Source: Octopus vulgaris
Taxonomy: Eukaryota
Assembly (NCBI GenBank): GCA_951406725.2
Contig: OX597826.1
Location: forward strand, 77,810,001-77,874,000
Direction: 5' to 3'
DNA: 64,000 nt
A program made the translations under genes and the position numbers. A model generated the notes under the pieces. That model did not search any database. It was not told the origin of the DNA and was given only the letters and a program-made list of their open reading frames with translations. Of this stretch, positions 56,256 through 64,000 are shown one piece after another. The first letter of the stretch is position 1; each line of letters opens with the position of its first letter.

Positions 56256-57384
56256 TATAATAATAATAATAGGCCACAGAGGCCAAAGGACAATATCTGT
56301 ACTTCAGTTGCGAACTGAGACATACAAAGGAAATGTTAAAACAAGAATTTACAAAAACAAACAAGATTGGCAAGACAAAACTAATCGAAAGCAAAAGAAT
56401 AACTCGGAACATTTCCCGTTGAATATATTAAACTTTCGATGAAGCATTAAGAATAATAAAAAAGAAACATTATATAAGCAAAATAGATAAATCAACATAG
56501 CAGCTTAAATATGGTGTTTGGGTGAGGATCTGTTTTACTCCATGATTCTTGTCGCTTGACACTTGTTATATTGAAACTGGATACACGCAGGTTCACCCCT
56601 AAGTAATTTCGTGTTGGCCCCATTAAAATAATAAATTCCCTGTCAACAGAGTGTTTCTGTTAGAAAACCTTTGGTGTAATACCTCACATTCAATCTATCG
56701 TTTGGATGTCTTCTGAATGCAACACAACGCCATCTCGTTTCTGTTTCATGAGGCCAACCATTGGTCTCAGACACACGTTTCTCACTCTCACGGCTGTGAT
56801 TGTTTGTTGACCTGTAGAGCAGAAGAATCCTCTTTGTCAGTTTTACACACCTTTTGCTTCCTCTTTGCAGAGTTTGTTCTGCTTTCATTTTCGTGTTTAT
56901 TTTGTTATTGTTAAGTGAGACATCAAAATCGCTGTTGCTCGAATTAAACACAACAAATATGTAATTATTTCTTATTTCAAAATGCAATGGTTTCGTTTTA
57001 CAGTATTTCTTCTCCATTCCCTCCTTTCACTTACTTTTTTTGCTTTTCTTTTGTTGCTGCGTGTTATATGTGGAGCTGTTAAGGCTTATGTTTCAGGGAG
57101 TGTTGCTCGATGACATTTTCGTTGAATGTCAGCCAAACACAGCAAGCGTTCAGAAATGGCTTTTATTTTGCCCGATTTGGACGAAGGAAAATAGAAATTG
57201 ATAAAAATCATTTCATCCATCTTACTTTGAGTCAACTCAAACTGACTGACACTGAGAAAGTCATCCGATTTTAGAAAGGAAAAAAATTACGCAAAGTTAA
57301 TCCAGAAACAATAACATTATGAAGCACGTATTGTCACGGTAAGATCCAGGAATAACAACAATAATGATAATGATGATGATGATG

Positions 57385-57456
<72 letters not shown>

Positions 57457-58096
57457 TCAACAACAGCGTTGGTGATGATGTTGATAACAAAATTGACAAA
57501 ACTACAAAATACCAGCGAATCTCCTGCCATGCTAAGAAATAAACACATATATACATCCACAGCGACATCCAGTGTCGTCATATGCGGAGAACGTGAAAAT
57601 AAGACCCTTGGGTTCATAAGAACGACCGCAAATATAGTTGGCCTCATTCGGAATATGTAATCTATTGCTATCACCCACTCACTAGTCAAACATTCACAAC
57701 AGTCAGTCCATCTCTGGGTTGACGCGCACAAAGGATACGGACTTTGTTTAAAAGTCGTGAAATCTAGTTTAACTCGGTCTGGCTAAAAACCGAAAATTCC
57801 GTACTCAATAATCTTTGGCATCCTACAGCAAAAACGTTTGCAGTGACTGTCATGAACATTTGCTTGTACTCGTTGTTCCAATGAAATTGGCAATATCATA
57901 GTTCCAGGTAACAGAGCTCGTGTTTCATCATCATCATCAAGTAACGTTGCTTAGTTACTGACTGGAAGCTATTCCCATACATCACGAAACTAGAAGAGAT
58001 GAAACGTATCGGGTCCGTTATTTTTTCCCCCAGTCTTAGAAACTGAATGGAGACGTTTGCAAGCCACCGAGTGTGCAGAAGTATACACATTTGTAT

Positions 58097-58250
58097 AGGC
58101 GCAAAGGCCCAGTGGTTAGGGCAGCAGACTCGCGGTCGGAGGATCGCGGTTTCGATTCCCAGACTGGGCGTTGTGTCTGTTTATTGAGCAAAAACACATA
58201 AAGTTCCACGAGGCTTCGGCAGGAGATGGTGGCGACCCCTGTTGTACTCC
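58097..58250 (+). mobile_element. SINE family C 5' half
   Basis: GGCCCAGTGGTTAGGGCAGCAGACTCGCGGTCGGAGGATCGCGGTTTCGATTCCC tRNA-like head. Confidence 0.85.
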
Positions 58251-58256
58251 TTAAAA

Positions 58257-58490
58257 AGGCGGTGAGCTGGTAGAATCGTTAGCACGCCGGGTGAAATGCT
58301 TAGCGGTATTTGTCTGCCGTTACGTTCTGAGTTCAAATTCCACTGAGGTCGACTTTGCCTTTCATCCTTTCGGGGTCGATTAAATAAGTACCAGTTACGC
58401 ACTGAGGTCGATGTAATCGACTTAATCCGTTTGTCTGTCCGTCTTTGTCCCCTCTATGTGTAACCCATTGTGGGCAGTAAAGAAATAAAA
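58257..58490 (+). mobile_element. SINE family A, full length, long tail
   Basis: GGCGGTGAGCTGGTAGAATCGTTAGCACGCC..GTAAAGAAATA. Confidence 0.93.
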
Positions 58491-58703
58491 AAATATATTC
58501 TAACTTTTCCGTAAAGTGTTTGGTGCAGAGACTTCTACAGTTTGAAGGTGGCGTTCAGTGTCTTAAATCGAGGATAACTTCAGCAGTCGATCAATAAAGG
58601 TCCTTGTCTGTCCCACCCAACTGTTACTGACGAGTCTGTTTTACGGGCAGTTGATTGATTTGGGACTGCCGATCGCTGTTACGGGAAAACATTGATAGAG
58701 AAA

Positions 58704-59092
58704 GTACGTTTAAATATTTGTTGTGCAAGATTTTTTATGTGAAGTCGTGTGTTGAAACAGATATTGTTATATTTCGGAATGGTCATATTGCCAGTTTAGC
58801 CAATAAAATAAATAAACATAGACGCACATAGAGATATAAGCATGCGCAAATGAAGACATACAATAGAAATACAAAATGGCTGACGGTTAGTAAGGAGAGA
58901 CACAAATACGAAAGAAGAAAACAAAGGACCACTGATGCGGTCACAGGAGTGTGACGAAAGAACTCTGGCCGAAATAAGATTAAGATTAATGTAAAAAATA
59001 AATATCACTGAAGCAAAATAATACCAAATATATAGTGCGTGTGTTTTTATTGGCTAAACTGGCAATATGACCATTCCGAAATATAACAATAT
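58704..59092. mobile_element. Asymmetric foldback retro-insertion with a 13-bp TSD and a hammerhead-like motif
   Basis: TSD ATTGATAGAGAAA at 58691-58703 and 59091-59103; perfect 48-bp inverted arms 58761-58808 / 59045-59092. Confidence 0.85.
58926..58970 (+). ncRNA. Hammerhead-like motif with an A9-to-C core change
   Basis: CCA-CTGATGC-G-GTCAC-AGGAGT-GTGAC-GAAAG-AA-CTC-TGG. Confidence 0.55.
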
Positions 59093-60355
59093 TGATAGAG
59101 AAAATCTAGATGATACTGTATATTTATCCTGAATGATCAATGTGTATCAGCCTGGAATCCTATACGCCTGTATCTCGGTGTTAATTAAAACCAACCATGC
59201 AAGAATAAAGTCTGGTACTACTTTCAGAACGCGTTCCGCTACGCTCTTTACATTCATTAATCGATTTCACAAACATATGTAAAGAAAATGACCTCGATTT
59301 GTATCCCTGTGTTGCAGCAAGGCTATGACACCTGTATATGTGAAACTTATCTGAAATAATAATTCTTTCTGCTACAAGCCTGAAGTTGCTTCGGGAATGG
59401 AATGAGTCGATGGCATCGGCCTCGAATACATAAAAGGCAAAGTCGGCCGCGACGGAAGACGGACTCGAGAAATGAAGGCAGACGAGACACCGGTAAGCAT
59501 TTTCTCCGGCATACTAAACTTTTGTCAGCTCGCCGCATTTAGTGAAATAACGACGATAACGATGACAATGATGATAATGATGACGACAATGGTGATGATG
59601 ATGATGGCGACGATAATGATAAATAAATAAATCAAAACGTTTGACAAAACTTGCTGTGATTGTTAATGTAGAAGAGCTTTTAGAATGGGTTGATGTCTCT
59701 TCTGTCAATTAATATAGAATAATGCTGGTATTTTCAAAACGGTCGTAATTGCTAAACCTTGACAACCAAACGTGTATTCAGATCTTTAAGTAACCAGGTA
59801 ATAAGAAAAAAACGTTACGATTAAAATCGACAAAATCAGTTTCCCTGATCAAATTCCAATCAAAGTCCGGGAGAATTCTCTGAAGGATTAATCAATCCGT
59901 TTTGAATATTGCTCACGTGTGATTTTTTTTGCGGCTTAATATCCAAATCAGTGTCAGACTAACTCTGTCATGTGTATATATTTGCAAAAATGATATAAAA
60001 CGTCATAAGCTGAAGTAAGCGGAACCGAATCCAGGCCAGTTAAAAACGACTTCTTTCCTACAAAAATGACCCCTTTAGCCGTAAATCTCAAAAATGTATA
60101 TACTAAAAACTTTTTCTATGCAAAAAAACTGGAAGTAAAATGTGAATCATTATTTTTTCCCTTTTCCCTTCCATCCCTCTCCCAATTATTACATATGTTT
60201 ATATAAATTATATATGCCAAACTCACCTGAAGAACACGTAAGCCAATATAATTTCAGTTGAACTATGAACATTTATTCGGTGAAAACGTGTCTTTATATC
60301 AATTTTTATTTTTCATACATATGACCACATGGAGTTAAAACATTCTGCACTCACC

Positions 60356-60414
<59 letters not shown>

Positions 60415-61604
60415 TAAAAAGATATATATATATTACATATTATATGCTATATGAATGTTATTCATGTTTTTCAGCAACATCAACAGAATACTGGAATTAA
60501 CAGTTCACGGATAATTGCAAGTCTAACAACCCCAGCTCATGTCAAACATATAATCGACTTCCCACTACATCACTCTTGAGAAAACACTACCAAATCGCTT
60601 TTGCTGGTAAGAGATGATGACCTGGACATAAATCACAAAACATGTTGTTTACAGCCCAACACATTAAAAGGAACTTTTGAACGAGTCTTGAACAATGAAG
60701 TGAGTGACAGGCTGGAATCTGAAGAGCAACATAAGAACTGCTTAAGTGGCTGCAGAGCGATTTCTAAAAAAAGCGAAAGATAAAATCCATTCTTCCAAGT
60801 CAACACCCTTCTTTGTCATTTAATCAATGCATTCGTTTTATAAAAACCCTCAAAATGCATCCAAAAGTGAAAATTCTAGAATATGAGTTCACTTCTCTGC
60901 TTTACTGTTTCGGAGATTTGTAGTCAAAATCTGTCTACAGCATTGGAAACGAGTCGTCAAAGAAATACGGTGAAGAGTCTTCAATGGCATTGCAGCAGCC
61001 ATTTTAAACAGGGAGGACTAAAAGCTTGAGTTGAGGATTAGGAAGACTCTTGCTGTTTTTACCAGGATATATTCTGAGATTCTTTCTACTAGTATATTTT
61101 GTCACCCAGAGTATTCTACTAGTATATTAGTATACTTCTACTAGTATATTTTACCATCCAGTCATCCATATATACATACTTATTCATATGAATACATGTG
61201 TATATTCACACACACACATATAAAAACAAAGAAGGAACGAACAGGCTTTAATCACAAATCACAACAATTGTTTCTGTGCATTGGCGACGGCTGTTAAATG
61301 CTGAGTTTTCATTCATGCTGTTATACAAATATTACATAATTAAATAATGCGATCAAACAGTTACTGTGCATTCGTACGCCCTCAGGTGAATGGCTTTGAG
61401 AGCAGTGCTGCCTGTTCATTCCATCTTCCGGTTTTATAAATCTTTATATGACTTCTGCGTAGATAAATGCATTTCCCCATGTACATCCGATATGACAACA
61501 TATTGCAGCAGATAACCGTATAGGAGATTTGAAATGCACGTTACTTGGTTATTATCGAGAGGATATTGTATGCCTGAAGCGATAAGCTTCAGAACTGAAT
61601 ACAA

Positions 61605-61830
61605 ATACTTTTATTCTTTTATTCTTTTACTTGTTTCAGTCATTTGACTGCGGCCATGCTGGAGCACCAACTTAAAGGGTTTTAGCAGAACAAATCGACC
61701 CAGGGACTTATTCTTTGTAAGCCTAGTAGTTATTCTATCGGTTTCTTTTTACCGAACCGATATATCACGGGGTCGTAAACACACCAACATCGGTTGTCAA
61801 GCGATGGTGGGGAACAAACACAGACACAAA
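61605..61830 (-). mobile_element. SINE family B 3' half
   Basis: TTTTACTTGTTTCAGTCATTTGACTGCGGCCATGCTGGAGCACC.. is the reverse complement of the family B tail. Confidence 0.9.
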
Positions 61831-62070
61831 ACACACATATACATACATACATACATACATACACACACGCACGCACACATGTGTGTGTGTATATATATAT
61901 ATATATATACATATATGATGTAATATTATAAAATAAGTGCACTCTGAAGTGTTGTCTTCCAATTCTTCAATGATCTACCATAATATGTTATTTGCTAAGC
62001 AAGTTACAGAGTCCAGTGTAAAAGCAGAGGATCGGTAAAATAAAAAAATGAATAAAAGAAATACCTTGCC

Positions 62071-62142
<72 letters not shown>

Positions 62143-62175
62143 GTATGTATGTTTGTATGTATGTATGTATGTATG

Positions 62176-62299
<124 letters not shown>

Positions 62300-62582
62300 T
62301 ATGTATATATATAAAGAGAGAGAGAGAGAGAGAGAGAGAAGAGAAAGGGAGAAAAACTATAGGAAATAATAATGGTTAGTGATGGATAAAAATGTAGATA
62401 ATGGAGACGATAGCGATAGTGGTTTTGGTATCAACGGTCGCCTCGGTGGCGGCGGTGGTGGTGGCAATGGCGGTGGTGGCAACGGCGGTGTTGGCGGCGG
62501 CCATTGTGGTGATTTTTTTTTACTGCTACACCTGATATTAGCCGGGGTAATGATAATATTTATCCCTTTCTTTTACTTGTTT

Positions 62583-62615
<33 letters not shown>

Positions 62616-62937
62616 GCATGTATGAATGTATGTATGTATGTATGTATGTATGTATGTATGTATGTATGTATGTATGTATGTATGTATGTATGTATGCATA
62701 CATGTATTGTGTGTGTGTGTGTGTGTAAGTCTTTGTCTTTGATTAGAGCACCAGTCTAGTCAAGGTTCTGTATAATCTGATGATATTGCGGTGGTAACAA
62801 TCATGCTTTTTACAATTGTCATCATCGTCGCTGCCGTCATCATCTTCATGAACATCATCATCGCCGTCATCATGGTCATCATCGACATCATTGTCATCAC
62901 CAGCAACCAGTGCCATCACCAACACCGCCATCACCGC

Positions 62938-62979
<42 letters not shown>

Positions 62980-63214
62980 AATCATTACCACCACCACTGC
63001 CATCATCATCATCATCGTCGTCGTGGTCGTCATCATGATCGTCATAGAGGTCGCTGTTGGGATCGTCGTACCTTGCATTATCACCTTCATCAATTATGTA
63101 TGTTTCTAAGTTTGTATGTTTCTATCTCCGCATGCGTACAAAGGTGTGTATGCATGTAGATATGTATGCCTGTATATATGGTTTCTCCATTTTTTTGCCT
63201 TTTGTTTACATATA

Positions 63215-63279
<65 letters not shown>

Positions 63280-64000
63280 GCATATATGTATATGTGTATG
63301 TAGGCAAGCATGTGTGTATTTATATTCGCCTCTCTGACTGATTAGAATAAATCTAGCACTATTATTGGATGCAACCGCTAAGTAGATAATGGTTTTATTT
63401 ATAAAAGTATGTCTGACCTCAGACTTGTCGTATACTAATAAGTTGTTGCGTCTGGATGGAAACAAAGAAGTCCGTAGCTACTGACCGTTGGCGATTTGTG
63501 TGTCAAATGCTTAGAAACGCACATATACAGTGAGAATATATGTACACTGATATATATATATACACCATAGATATTACGAAAACAAGGCAATGTGTGAATT
63601 TCTGTGTTGTCGTGCGGCTTGCTAGACAAAACAGCATAATCTTCCTCAAATCAAAACATGTCGAATTGGGGAAACGAATAGGGGCATTAGGTGATATGGC
63701 ATGATGGCCACTGTTGGAACATCACTGATCGTATGCTTGTTATGTCATGCTGAAACCGACTAAAAAGTCAGCGACACATGGTAGCATATATTTGTACTAA
63801 CCACACAATTATTGAGGCCTAATGCACTCTTATTTGTCGCTTACGCATTCAATGGATCCATCCATCCATCCATCCATCCATCCATCCATCCCTCCCTCCA
63901 TTCTTATTCTCTGCCCATTATTCTGTGGAAATTGTAAGCGTAGAATCCGCAGCAATCTTCTCCACAGAGTCCCACCGGAAGCGCCATTACACTTTCCGGT

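Overview
Eukaryotic, AT-rich, microsatellite-saturated non-coding DNA (intergenic or a very large intron). The SINE families resemble those I recall from octopus/cephalopod genomes; that origin is an inference and was not checked. No intact protein-coding gene is supported, and nearly all ORF-track entries are translations of (TA)n/(CA)n/(TAA)n/(TATC)n repeats. Recognisable content: three tRNA-derived SINE families (about 25 copies or fragments), a degraded Tc1/mariner (maT-like) transposase, two R4/Dong-type non-LTR fragments next to (TAA)n tracts, one clean and one probable non-autonomous Helitron, and MITE-like pieces. The most striking feature is about 15 short elements from several unrelated sequence families that carry minimal hammerhead-ribozyme cores (CUGANGA..stem II..GAAAC-short stem III-NUH). 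Most abut microsatellites. About 7 share an asymmetric foldback layout (a long arm plus an inverted truncated copy), consistent with Penelope-like pseudo-LTR-derived or retrozyme-like mini-elements.
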